Positions 1-39,617 of a DNA stretch of 64,000 nucleotides are shown here, piece after piece. Where the stretch lies: positions 3,488,735 through 3,552,734 of the forward strand of contig CM082592.2 of assembly GCA_040954595.2 (NCBI GenBank), written 5' to 3'. The translations under genes were made by a program, and so were the position numbers. This DNA comes from Balanoglossus misakiensis. Taxonomy: Eukaryota; Animalia; Hemichordata. The notes beneath the pieces are model-generated. The model saw only the letters and a list, made by a program, of their open reading frames with translations, was not told the origin of the DNA and made no database searches. Position 1 is the stretch's first letter; every line of letters begins with the position of its first letter.

Positions 1-27943
<27,943 letters not shown>

Positions 27944-29016
27944 TATTTGAAAAAGGAATCTACTCTAGGGCTTTGAGTCGTCCGCGCATCTTTTCAGGGT
28001 CGGAGATACAGCCGATGTTCACATGTCAGCTTGGCGGAGAGAAAGGAGCGATTTCAAAGAGAAAACTTGCCCACATCCACACCATACGCGATACCTACGT
28101 GGAACGGTGGAATAATGCTGGCATCCTCACCAGCGATCGCGATACTACCAGCAAGAGCAACACCTGCGGATGAACTGACCGACACCTGATGGTTGGGCGA
28201 TGCGTCAACCACAACTGAACCTAAATCTGGCGTGTTTCACTGTACGCAAACACGGATTTCCCGCGATCAACCGACTCAATTCAGAAACGTTACAGCAATT
28301 TCATACGGGCGCAACTAATCAAATATACGGGGCAGACAAACGTACGACTGCGCTTATTTGACCACGTGATCGACTAGCTCATCATCACCGCCGTTGCCGT
28401 GGAAATACACCGATGTAAACAGTGCATATTTTACAAATCAAATTGCCCGGGTCACACTGCACTGGGTCAATGTCACGCAATCCTTGCTCATTTCCTGTTG
28501 TGTAAATCGATGTACATTTCATATGTCATGACATAACTTCAATATCCTTACCTCATTAGTGATCAGGCTGCACACAAAAAATTAACTCTTCAAATAAATA
28601 TCAATGAACATTTACTCCTTCAGTCTTTTCTACAAAAAAACTTTACGGTTTGCAAAACAATAACATACACAGGCACTGCGCCCTCAAGTTTCTTCGTATT
28701 TGACACACGACCAATCATTGGTCGAAGGTTTCTAAGTCACTGGCGCCTATCCAATGACAATGTCGATTTCAGCTCGTCTTCGGCCGAGCAGCACCATGGG
28801 CAACATGTCGCCAAAGTCAGGCTAGGAAAAGACTGTACTGCAGTCGTGCAATGACGTTGAACAAGTAACCGCTAAAATAATTGACAAGACGATAAATCCT
28901 TACAACTTAAAGAATTTCCAAATTGGTGTTTGTGACAAAATATCTGAAGTGGCCAAGGGCACTCTACAATGAGCTGTTAAAGTTGCGACACTCGATAATT
29001 ACGTACACTATTACAG
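27944..29016. promoter_or_regulatory. CpG-enriched bidirectional promoter and 5'UTR region shared by TIR-A (-) and TIR-B (+)
   Basis: Locally high CpG. E-box CACGTG near 28343, X-box-like GTTGCCGTGGAAAT 28393-28406, CCAAT boxes at 28711 and 28751. Probable non-coding TIR-B exon ending CAG|gtgggt at 29016, with an acceptor at 30069-30070. TSS positions are inferred. Confidence 0.6.
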
Positions 29017-30105
29017 GTGGGTACCTAACGTAGTGCAGCATGTCTGAACTGCTGCTGTTGTTTTTGTGGTCAACAGGTCCAAGCGCGTGTACAACTATGG
29101 TAGATTAAATTACTAATTACATGTACAATGTACTGGTATTTGTTATTGTTGCAAACACATGTGGTCACCGTCATAATACTAAAGTGGCTGTTTTCAGTGT
29201 AGTTTCATTTCAATGCAACAATGTACCAGGGTTTACTCATATTGGATTATTGCACCCATAACCACCATATGTATAAATGTTATATATGTTGATCAGTTCA
29301 CAACATACATGTTTAACGTACGTGGTAGATATTGGGTGAACTGGTCAAAACCTAGCAGTATACCAACCTAGGTGTGGTTTGTGTTAAATGTATATAGTAA
29401 TAAAGCAATAACCTTTGTTGCATGTGGGTATGCACAAAATTTGGGGACAATTCATGACACATTTAGCACGAGCTGTATGTTACACAAGTGTTATTGAACC
29501 ACAAAAGAGTGTATACACCTTCCAACTGTGGCAAGGGTTTATGTGCTGTCATATTTGTATATTATTTTGTGGCATATCAGTGTCATTTTAATGAAACAGC
29601 ATCAGAAAAAGAAGTTGATTAAGAATTGATCAAAAGTCGCATTGATGAATGTAAATAAGTGCCAAGCAGTGTGCACCACTGACTCAACAAACTCACTGGT
29701 GACTCAAGAAAATTATCCACACTACATGCAAAGGTACAGGGCTGACTCAGAGACATTTTTAGAAATCCTCAAATTGACTCGGAACCGAGCATGAAGCAGA
29801 CGACAAAATATAACAGCTTGGCATCGTGCCAAATATTCCTATAGAGGAGTGTTGTTGTTTATTAAATCCCGCATTGCCCCTGTTGCCCAAATGCCCTCTA
29901 ATTAACCTTTTATGCTAGTTCAGGTAATTTTGGGCCTGGTCTCCAGTATCTGTGTTTCAACGGTTCCTCCAGTACTGAGTTTAATACTTCATCATTGTGG
30001 CACCCCAGGCTTTGATTATCAGAGATTAATAGGCACATTACAAATGTCCTTCATTATTTCCCGAAACCAGAGACTTGGACATTGCAAGGGACACATAGCA
30101 GCTGA

Positions 30106-30259
30106 ATGGGCAGTGGAACGAGCAAATCTGCTAGCAAGGCACGGATCGACGAAGACAAAGATGTGGACACCAAAGCAAGAAGTAGTAAAGCTGCCAAAGG
30201 CAAAGATATCATGATTAGTTATAGTCATGGCGATATGGAAATGATGAGGAAGCTTAGAG
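30106..30259 (+). CDS. TIR-B coding exon 1 (MGSGTS... and TIR betaA DIMISYSHGD)
   Basis: ATG to G|gtgaga; MGxxxS motif; TIR box-1-like DIMISYS. Confidence 0.92.
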
Positions 30260-33200
30260 GTGAGATCTCTTTATCAGCTGGTTCTGTACATTGGAGATAA
30301 ATGAAACAGGAATTACATGTACATACATTGTATGTACAATGCAATTGCTAGATCAATGCAGCATTGGATACACAGTGACTGCCAGATGCGCCAGCCTTGT
30401 TAAAATGTTTTTGCTGCAGGCTGCAGAATCAAGTCACGTTGACTGTTGTGTTCTGAATGTGGTAGTTCTGGAAAGTAACATGGATTTTGTGCAGGGAATA
30501 GTGTGAAAAAATGAAGCACAACTATCTTTGAATAAAATACATTTTTTGTTGTTGTCTTGGTTGCCGGTTTGTTATGTTTTTGTTACTGTTAGAGATATTT
30601 TGGAACCTGAAAACGGGACTTGATGCTGTAGGATTTCTCAATAAATAAATAAATACCATATCACTAGTTTGGAGTGTACATAAGCATGTACATGTATGTT
30701 TCAACTTGAGACAGCCCAGACAACAGCAGAGAGACAGTCAGAAATATACCACGGTAGATATTTCATGATGCTATCGTTAATGTTTGATTTCAGCATCTCT
30801 AGAATCAGCGGGTGTAACTGTGTGGGTGGATGAGATTGGTCTTGGTGCTGGGGTGGAGTTTCTGAGTAAGATCGGACAAGCCATAGTAGATTCTAAAGTA
30901 AGAAACATTTCATATACATATTGTTTTCATAGTTTTGTCTTTCTTGTTTTGTATTTTTAAAAACAATGGGGTAGCTGTTGTTAATTGTCAGGTATGTGCG
31001 AGTCTCGAAAACCTAATCTTGGACCACAAGCTGGAACTCCCAGTTTACCAAAAGTGCAGTATGAAAATTCAAGACTAACAAAACAAGACAATTGTAAACA
31101 AGATAAACAAAAGCATAGTCAATTTTTCAGAATTAACACAAGTAGATTTACTGATACTTGCATTTACTTTCTCAATACATGTCCCTTTAACTTGAATTGC
31201 TGATCAAAATACCGAATACACCTATACATGGAATTTTAAGATTTTCTAATATGAATCTGAAGGAAACAACTACAAGTTAACATGCAACTTGTAACCTTTA
31301 CATGTCGAACCAGAAGATAAGATACAGTTGTTTGGTAGTCATGATTTATAACCACTGTTACCCTTGCCAATGATTAAACACTTGACCCACAGCCCTAACT
31401 GTAACAGAGATTTTTTCTCTCCCTACAACAGCTATTCCTCTCTTTGTTGAGTGAAAAGTCAGTGAAGTCCAAATATTGTAAAGACGAGTTAGCCTTGGCT
31501 TATGTCTCCAACAAACCTATCTTTCCATGTGCTATGCTTAGCAGAGATGAACTTTCCAATGAGATGGATTTTGGAATGTAAGTAATAGCTGTACTACATG
31601 TACTGCAGCAGTATTTTGCGTGGTGGTTCATAGAGGGCAGTATTGCATTTTCTCCACCACTATGACTTGTGTTTTACACACATGTTTATCACAGGTGGTA
31701 ATTGTCCCAGATATGGCCTCAGACACAGTATGTAGAAATCTCTGGAGCTGCATATATTATGTAGTCTAAATCTTGGGCATTCACATAACAGGTACTGTTG
31801 TAGTTACTGATATCATTAGGTACTAGTATATCCCTGTATTCAAGGGAAGGGGTGGCATTAGGCTGAGTCTGTTTAATAGTTGTATTGATAAATTGCTTGC
31901 TCATCTGTCTCATCAGGAAATTGACCCTTGCACCAATGAAGTGGATTTTTTTCACCAATGACAAGAAGTACAATGACAATTTTGAAAAACTTCTATCGGT
32001 GATAAAATCGAAGTTGGAAGAGCTGAATGATGAAAACAGTGACGGGCCATCAAATCAAGGTACAGTGGAATGTGTTGGAAGTGTCTCCATGAGCCATATA
32101 GAACCATGAGTCATTCAAAAAAGATTGTTTCATTTCTTTTCTGAATATGACACCATGTTTCCCCTGTGCAAAGCTTGTTCCATGAAGTGATCGGGTAGCC
32201 TCATTGCACGTTGTATTTTTATTTTAGCAATATCAGCACATGTATCTCCCACAAGTCATGCTAGGAGAACCCTCAGAAGACAGGCTTCCCATAACGACAT
32301 CGATACAGATAAAAGTACCGACTTCTGGCAGAAGTACTTCAAAGGAAAAAACAAAGTCTTATGGACACTGTAAGAAAACAGTTTGATTTTCTATATTTAA
32401 CCCTTTCACCACCATGGTTCAATCCAAACCTATTGTTTTCTTTGGTAAAGTTGGACCTCTAAAGAGGGAACTGGGGGTGAAAGGGTTAAATGTTTTTAAA
32501 ACAATTTTGATATGTTTGTACATTTGTCAGTACACATATCATTTTAACGTGGAATGCGCGACAATCAATCTTGCCATTTAAGTTCAGGGTGATGATAAAG
32601 GTGCTAGTAACATGCAGTTGCCATGGCTACAAGTTTCTTTCTTCCCTTTCCAGGTTTAAGGAAAAATTCATGGAGGAGTATGGCCCACAGTTGGACAAAG
32701 TGTATTCCAACGCTGACAAGGAATGGTTGATATCTGTCCTATATCGGGAGATGAATGAGGATGAAAATGAGTTCCTTGAAGTTGAAGATTATGACAGTAA
32801 GTGAGAATGTAGCATGGTAAACAGGCTATTAATTATCGAGTCAACAATCCAGATGTTTTAATTCCCCAAATATATGAGCGTGATTAACAAGCATATAACC
32901 ACCCTTTCCCCACCATGGTTCAGTCCAAATCTATTGTTTTCTATGGTAAAGTTGGACCTCTAAAGAGGAAACTGGGGGGGGGGGGTAAGTTTTAAGGTAT
33001 TTTGAAAAATAGACTCACATTATTTGCATAACAGGAGTGTATAATGTGATTCCTGAAACAGTCATTTAAATGCAGTATATTTTTAAAAGTTAAAACTACT
33101 TTAGATGCAGTATATATTTAAAAAATGTTAAAATTCCTTCAGAATATTCACACTTGAAATCTGGGGTTACCATTCAAATCATTTATTTCACTGAAGGTGT

Positions 33201-34957
33201 CTAAAACAGTAAGTGACAGATCAAAAATTTCAAAATAAGTTAAAACTACTTTAGATGCAGTATATATTTAAAAAATGTTAAAATTCCTTCAGAATATTCA
33301 CACTTGAAATCTGGGGTCACCATTCAAATCATTTAATTCACTGAAGGTGTCTAAAACAGTAAGTGACAGATCAAAAATTTCAAAATTCAAAATTGTTCTT
33401 CATTTCAGATTTTTGTTGTATTGATGGGGAAAGGAAACCGTTCTGGGAAAGAGTGCACGAAGAAGCTGTTGTGACATACACTATGAAGGAAGTCTTTAGT
33501 GTGCATTCATCCATCAGATTGGATGCCATTCAAAACTTAGGTGAGTCACCCACAATGTACGTGCATCCAAACTGGAGATGTATAATCACATTCTTTGTAC
33601 ATTGTATTGCAGGCTTTTTTGAGGACTCCAAAACAGAACTTTATGGTCTGTTAAAGGGACATTAGCTGTAACTTTTAGTGTGCAGTACACACAGTCGACA
33701 CGTGCAGCTCATGACAATAATAGCATTATGTGATGGATTTTATCCAGGAAATCTGAAGTTAAAACTGGATTTTGAAGTCAGGTTGCATTAATTGGTTTTA
33801 TTAACACACAATGCAGTCTTGCTGATGTGAATAAAGACATGCGTATTGTTTTTAAGATGTTAGTTCTCATTTTTAAATCCATTCATAAACTTGGTCCAAT
33901 CTATCTTTCTAGCATGACTAATCTATATGTTCCATGTCGCAATTTAAGGTCAGCTGATCAGTTCAAACTCTGCCCTGTTCGATCACGCACCAAGAGTTAT
34001 GGTGATCGTGCTTTTACTGTTGCTGCTCCAATTCTTTGGAATAATCTTCCACTCACCATTCGCCAGGCACCAGACTTATCTGTTTTTAAATCTAATGTTA
34101 AAACTTTACTTTTTAAATCTGTTTTTTAGCCATTTGTTGTATTGTACTTTTGCTTTAAGCGTCATTGATCACATTTTTTTGTGGATACTGACGCTATACA
34201 AATAAATTATTATTATTATTATTATTATGTTTGTTTCCATGATTTTCATATCAGGAAAGTTCAACAATGCTGGCGTGATCGATGCCTTGATGGATCTGAT
34301 TGGCGATAAAGATGAAAACGTCAGGACTATTGCCGCCATCTCATTGGCTAAGACCGGCTGTACAGAGCCCCGGGTTGCTAAGAAACTGATGAAGCTGCTG
34401 AATGACCAGGACCGATTGGTGCGGGAGAGCGGATGTCTGTCACTGGGCCATCTCAAAGTGAAAGAAGCCGTTCCAAAACTAGTGCAGCTGTGGTAAGTTA
34501 TGCTTGGCAGTGATCACAGTTTCATGGGATAACCTCAAATCTGTGGAGTGTCTGTGTTTTTTCAGAGTGAGAAAAGGTGATAAGTTTTCATAGAAATTTT
34601 CAGATAAAGGATAAAGTGAACAAAAGTTCCAAAACAAGCTAACGTTTGAAATTCAAAATGGCTACCGAACTTAGTATGACTGGTTCTATTTGAAACTTTG
34701 AATTATTATTTTCCTTGACAGTTCTTACATTTTCATATTCAAAATCACCTTGTGGCATACATCACTGGCTATCAACAACGGATGGATTTATTTGAAACAT
34801 TTAATGTTTGATTGACAGGCGGAATGATACCATATCGCATGTCCGTGAAGCGGCAGAGGTTGCCTTGAAGCAGATAGGTGGTGAAGAGGCGGAGAAAGCC
34901 ATGCATATCACAAAAGTGCTTTCAGAAGAGATCAGGTTGTTGTCACGGCGCCAGTAG
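30106..34957 (+). CDS. Gene TIR-B (complete, 9 coding exons, 446 aa): myristoylation motif + TIR + Cbl-like EF-hand module + HEAT repeats
   Basis: Exons 30106-30259, 30794-30897, 31432-31577, 31917-32059, 32228-32369, 32654-32796, 33409-33540, 34255-34492, 34819-34957; all GT-AG with consistent phases, 1341 nt including TAG. Confidence 0.93.
30794..30897 (+). CDS. TIR-B exon 2 (TIR betaB/BB loop)
   Basis: tttcag|...|gtaaga; ASLESAGVTVWVDEIGLGAGVEFLSKIGQAIVDSK. Confidence 0.93.
31432..31577 (+). CDS. TIR-B exon 3 (TIR betaC-alphaC, catalytic Glu)
   Basis: caacag|...|gtaagt; LFLSLLSEKSVKSKYCKDELALAYVSNKPIFPCAMLSRDELSNEMDFGM. Confidence 0.93.
31917..32059 (+). CDS. TIR-B exon 4 (TIR betaE-alphaE)
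   Basis: catcag|...|gtacag; KLTLAPMKWIFFTNDKKYNDNFEKLLSVIKSKLEELNDENSDGPSNQ. Confidence 0.9.
32228..32369 (+). CDS. TIR-B exon 5 (linker, start of EF module)
   Basis: ttttag|...|gtaaga; AISAHVSPTSHARRTLRRQASHNDIDTDKSTDFWQKYFKGKNKVLWT. Confidence 0.88.
32397..32489. mobile_element. 85-bp TTAA-flanked MITE with CCCTTTCACC TIRs (piggyBac-like)
   Basis: TTAA|CCCTTTCACC...GGTGAAAGGG|TTAA; further copies near 32902-32987, 35602-35688, 39529-39617 and 43047-43139. Confidence 0.8.
32654..32796 (+). CDS. TIR-B exon 6 (EF-hand-like loop NEDENEFLEVED)
   Basis: ttccag|...|gtaagt; FKEKFMEEYGPQLDKVYSNADKEWLISVLYREMNEDENEFLEVEDYD. Confidence 0.92.
33087..33387. repeat. Tandem duplication, 2 x 150 bp, intronic
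   Basis: AAGTTAAAACTACTTTAGATGCAG... starts at 33087 and again at 33237; the copies are nearly identical. Confidence 0.9.
33409..33540 (+). CDS. TIR-B exon 7
   Basis: tttcag|...|gtgagt; NFCCIDGERKPFWERVHEEAVVTYTMKEVFSVHSSIRLDAIQNL. Confidence 0.92.
33835..34228 (+). mobile_element. 5'-truncated L2/CR1-group LINE (ORF2 C-terminus, 3'UTR, (ATT)n tail)
   Basis: RIVFKMLVLIFKSIH...P.YL...RNLRS...YGDRAFTVAAPILWNNLP..IR...FKS..KT.LF is the characteristic L2/CR1 ORF2 tail; ends GCTATACAAATAAATTATTATT(n). Confidence 0.88.
34255..34492 (+). CDS. TIR-B exon 8 (HEAT repeats)
   Basis: tatcag|...|gtaagt; GKFNNAGVIDALMDLIGDKDENVRTIAAISLAKTG...LMKLLNDQDRLVRESGCLSLGHL matches the HEAT/PBS-lyase pattern L..D.D..VR..A...L. 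Confidence 0.93.
34819..34957 (+). CDS. TIR-B last exon (final HEAT repeat, stop)
   Basis: tgacag|; RNDTISHVREAAEVALKQIGGEEAEKAMHITKVLSEEIRLLSRRQ*. Confidence 0.92.
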
Positions 34958-35009
34958 AGCTTCTTCCACTCTTACTATCACCCATACGTTTTTGAGGAAG
35001 TCTTCTATC

Positions 35010-35192
35010 AGACCCAAAACATAAATGGTTTGTTTTTCATCCTATGATCCTTGCATGTGTCAATCTAAACCAGCCGTGTCAAACTTTTTTTTCCAAATAC
35101 CAATTACCATAGGTAAAGAAAAAATCAGGGTCGACACGGCAGGAAAAGAAAATTTCTGAAGAAACAAACAAACCATTTATTTTTTTGGGCCT
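35010..35192. mobile_element. ~180-bp MITE in TIR-B 3'UTR
   Basis: AGACCCAAAACATAAATGGTTTGTTT...AAACAAACCATTTATTTTTTTGGGCCT inverted ends. Confidence 0.65.
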
Positions 35193-36984
35193 TATGTCAG
35201 TATTTTAAAAGACTACCAGTAGTATAACAAGTTCTGAATCTATTGTAAAACAGTTTAATTCACAATACAATGTAGGTGAAAAGGGTAAATGCAAAAATTT
35301 CTTCAAAGGGAGGTTATTAAAAATGTTACAGGCTACTCAAGGTAGGAAGTGAACTGAAAGTTGCAATGTATTGTTTGTTGCAATGTACATTGTAAAATTT
35401 ACATTTTATAGTCACTTCACAGCCCTCTTCAAGAATGATCATGTGTATATTTCCCATTTCGAGGTTAATTCACTTGTCTTCCAAGTGTACATACCAAAAT
35501 ATTGTGGTGTTGTCAATTGGACATCAGATGTAAATGACAACTTTTAACATGTTTTTTTCTACCTGCAATAGCATGTTTTTATATTTTACTGATGACAGAA
35601 TCCCTTTCACCATTATAGTTTGGTGAAAGTCCACTGTTTTCTATGGTACTGTTGGACCTCTATGGAGGGAATGGGAGTGAAAGGGTTATCTACTGCTCCA
35701 CCAGTGCAGAAACAAATCCTATATATGGTGTAATGACTGTGTATACCAGTATATATTATGCTGCTCATGACATTCATGCTATCGTGATGATTATCATCAA
35801 ATTCACTTTTTGGGCTACTGTGAAATTTCTAGCCAAATTGTATCACCTGTCACTTAGAATATTTGTGCCAAATTTTTATCATTGAAAATAAATATCTAAT
35901 GGAAAGTGGGCAAAATTAGTTTAATATTCCCCAGAACAAGATGACATATGTGCATTTTCATAACATATGACATGTAAAACCTATGGAGGACATCATTCAT
36001 TAGACACAATCTTTTTCTGGAGAAAATGAACTGTAATTGTGCCAAAAAGTGTTTTGATAGACAAATGTTTGTACATAAACGTAGTGTTTATGGAACTCTG
36101 CATTTGTATGTTTAGATTGAGCTGATATTTTCAGCTGTGTGTAATAGAGAAAGTTTCCTACAACTCCATCAACTGACAACACAGTGATACCTTATTTTGT
36201 ATTTACAAGTTTTATCACGTCTAAAATTTCATAAATAAGTATAGTATTCATGATCATACAACATTTTCTGAATTACAACAAAAGATTGTGTGTAAAATTT
36301 TACATGTTGAAGGGTAAAATCTTTGATAAAATCTGAGAAAAATGTCATGGTTTTATTTAGTTTTAATAGTTACCATTACATGACAGAGTCTTGTATTTTT
36401 AGACCCTATCAGTAGCATTTCAGGGATATTACAAATAGCTACTTGTGTTTGAATATTGATTGTGAATATTCCAAAGGAACTGTTGTAAATGTGTATATAC
36501 CCAATGTATTTAAAGTATTTATTAGTTTATAAATCAACCCTTCCACTCCAGTGCTATACTATTCCTGATTCCAAACTTCTTCCAAACTTCTTCCCTCCCC
36601 CAAGTACATGGTTCTATTGAGATATCCATTGGAGTAAATCACAAATGATTGTATGTATGGTGTCAGTATTCAACTTTCATTTTGTATGTAATCTATTGAT
36701 AATACAAAAACTGTATCAGACTTCCACCAACCTGTCCACATGTAAATAGCATAGAATGCAAATTGAGCCATGGGATGTCCAGTTCGCGTGGCTTTTCAGT
36801 AAGACACAGACCAGTATCCGGGTATTAGACCTCTGATAATCTGAATTGATTTGTAAATTGTAGCCATGATGATCTGTTATTTCTACGTGTGATCACAAAT
36901 GAGAAATCACATGTAAATAAGTCGTGTAATCAGAACTGGACCGTTTCAGCCATACTATTTTATGTATATATATTTTTTTTTTGT

Positions 36985-36990
36985 AATAAA
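36985..36990 (+). terminator. Candidate polyadenylation signal of TIR-B
   Basis: AATAAA preceded by TGTA and a T-rich tract and followed by a GT-rich element near 37021; alternative AATAAA at 35887. Confidence 0.45.
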
Positions 36991-37528
36991 CTAATGTTTC
37001 TAGTGAAGACTGTCTTGACAAGTGTGTTGTATCTTTATATTTCCTGGTAATGTTATCGTCAATGGTACTCGGATAAGATTTCTGTTAAATACATGTGTAC
37101 CTTGTATTAATGCACAGTCCCTCCATCACTCAGGAAAAATGACTTATATATGGTCTAGTCTCTAGGTCTAAAGAGGCTTCATAAAGTTCAGGACAAAATG
37201 GCAGTCATAAATTTCTGCAAGTCATCATGACACCATATTCAATCAAGGATTGGCAAAGACTATTGATTTCAGATTTGCTTCATTACAATTGACTTTGGCG
37301 ATTCCTAACAGCTTTGCGTCCAAGGTGTCGTGCATTAGAGTTATTAAAGAAAATTAATAAAACACATTTTCCACAAAACTACCATAGCGAATAAAACTGC
37401 TGGCAGATGTGAAATGGAACATAAAATTGAACCAGCCTATTCAGTCGGTAGTGTAAAGGTTTGTTCATCTGTCCTGTGGGTAGATTTTTCATAAAATGCA
37501 CCACAAAATGGACCAATTTTAAAGAAGT

Positions 37529-37534
37529 TTTATT
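37529..37534 (-). terminator. Candidate distal polyadenylation signal of S6K (would imply a ~4.3-kb 3'UTR)
   Basis: AATAAA on the minus strand at the end of a long U-rich stretch; inference only. Confidence 0.3.
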
Positions 37535-39528
37535 GCAAGTTCTTGATAATACACAATTTCCCCCTTGATTCTGAAAAGACCAGATCTCTGAATACACAAC
37601 AAAATACATGACTTGAGAATTAAAATTGTGAAACTCACAAAATGATTGCAATTTGCCGTGTTTAATATTAAAATTCTTGTCAAAATACTCATATTAACAT
37701 AAACATTCAGAAAATACATTTTTAAACAAAAAATAGAAAAAAACACATAAGAAAGGATACTTTGTTCCAAAATACCATTACAAGATTGTAAAAAAATATC
37801 ATTTAAGAACATACTTTTTTGGAAGATAAAGATTCAACTTCTTGTATTGGCTACATGTAATTCTTTTCGGGGGGTGGGAGCAGATTACTTTAAAGTGAGG
37901 GGGTCGTTGCGCCGCGTTTGTTTGTGTATAAACATTACAATTCATCCACAAATCCCTGAAATAAAATCATTCTTAGAATGAACGAAGCAGCCAACTGTAG
38001 CATAGACTGGGCATGACAGCAACTGAAATCCTAGTAGGTCGTGGCGACTGCAGTGAGGTTTGTGCTGGTATGGAAGGACATATTCTCATCAAGGGGGACA
38101 CCCACGTGGCGCGACGACCACTTCACTTCAAGGCAGACTCTGATCTACCATGTCAGCCACATCCTGATACACCAGTGAAGGTGTGAATATAGCTACCTAT
38201 CTGATCTATTCTTTAATATCAGTGGAGCCATAAGTGGATGCATGTCATTGTACAAATTGCAGTAAAAATTCTAAGTCTTCAATCTGTAGTCAACAGGCCT
38301 CCGACACTCGGAGTCACATGAAAATTCACGATTTCAAAGACTTTTTCAGACATTTTGTGAAAATCCAGGTAAGAATCATGCTATTTTCTATGATCATTGC
38401 TTGCATGATGTCATAGAACCTGTCCAACCATTAGGTTAACAGGATTCTTTTTCAACAACTATAATTTGATTAATGTCAGCATGGGCAACTGAATTAATTT
38501 TTCAAATCTTTGCAGCAGTTATAGTGATGTAACAGCATTCTTGATCACTATATATATTGGAATGCACAAGGCGGAGATCCCTGGGGGCGGCAAATATGCT
38601 GATGGCTTCCTGAAAACAAATCTCCATCGAAATCTTACTGCATAATCAATCTTGACGCACGATGTAGCTGAACTGAAATTTTTAAGTCATTTTTTAAAAG
38701 ATGCGGGTAAAAATATTTCGAAAATTAACCAAAAACAATTTCTCTTTTGGGAAAGGCGTGGTATTATTGCCTGGCCATTTTAACTGTTTTTTATTCAAAG
38801 AATATTTCCAAATTTTTTAAATAGAAATACAGAATATAATGCAAGAAATTCAGCTTGGAAAAGACAATCAATCACATGCATCAGGTTATTCCTGCAAGAG
38901 CATCTATTTTCACTTCAGAAAGACTCTTTGCAAAGAAGAGAATCTATGGAAGGAAATACAAATTTTTGTGGCCATTGCAATTTTTTTAATAATTTCCTCA
39001 AAAAAGTGTGGTACATTTCTTAAAGTGATTGAGAGTTCAATACATGAATAAAAACCCCTTTGCTCATTTAACAAGAGGGTAATTTGGGAAGAACAATCTG
39101 AAATGAACACTTGGGCAGAAAATGTATTGTGTATTCCCCAAAATATTCACAGCATAATTAATGACCATGATACGATATGGAGAATTTCACTGACATCGTA
39201 ATTAAATGTACACAGTGATTTTTATCTTACAATTGGGTTTTGAGGTCATTTCAAATCTGTTGATACAAGTATTTACATGCCATACTGACATCATCTAATG
39301 AAATATACTATTACCGGTACACATAAACATTCAAAATATCAACAAAAATGTTTTAGAAAGCAAAAATGATGGCTACAGGTATAAGCCACTTGAGACAAAA
39401 ACTAATGAATGAAAAATGAACTGCAGAAACATAACATATTGAGTGTACAAATTTATCAACACTAAGATATGACATTTTGTTTTTTATAATACTAGTACAT
39501 GTATCAGCAAATTGGTCTCAGGTTTAAA

Positions 39529-39617
39529 CCCTTTCACCCCTAATTTCCTTTTTAGAGGTCCAACTTCACCATAGAAAACAGTGGGTTTGGACTGAACCAT
39601 GGTGGTGAAAGGGTTAA
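39529..39617. mobile_element. Copy of the 85-bp piggyBac-like MITE
   Basis: CCCTTTCACC...GGTGAAAGGG|TTAA, reverse orientation relative to 32397. Confidence 0.75.

Noticed and set aside
33827-34129. 100-aa ORF as an extra TIR-B exon or separate gene
   Set aside because: It is a LINE ORF2 C-terminal fragment; exons 7 and 8 join in phase without it.
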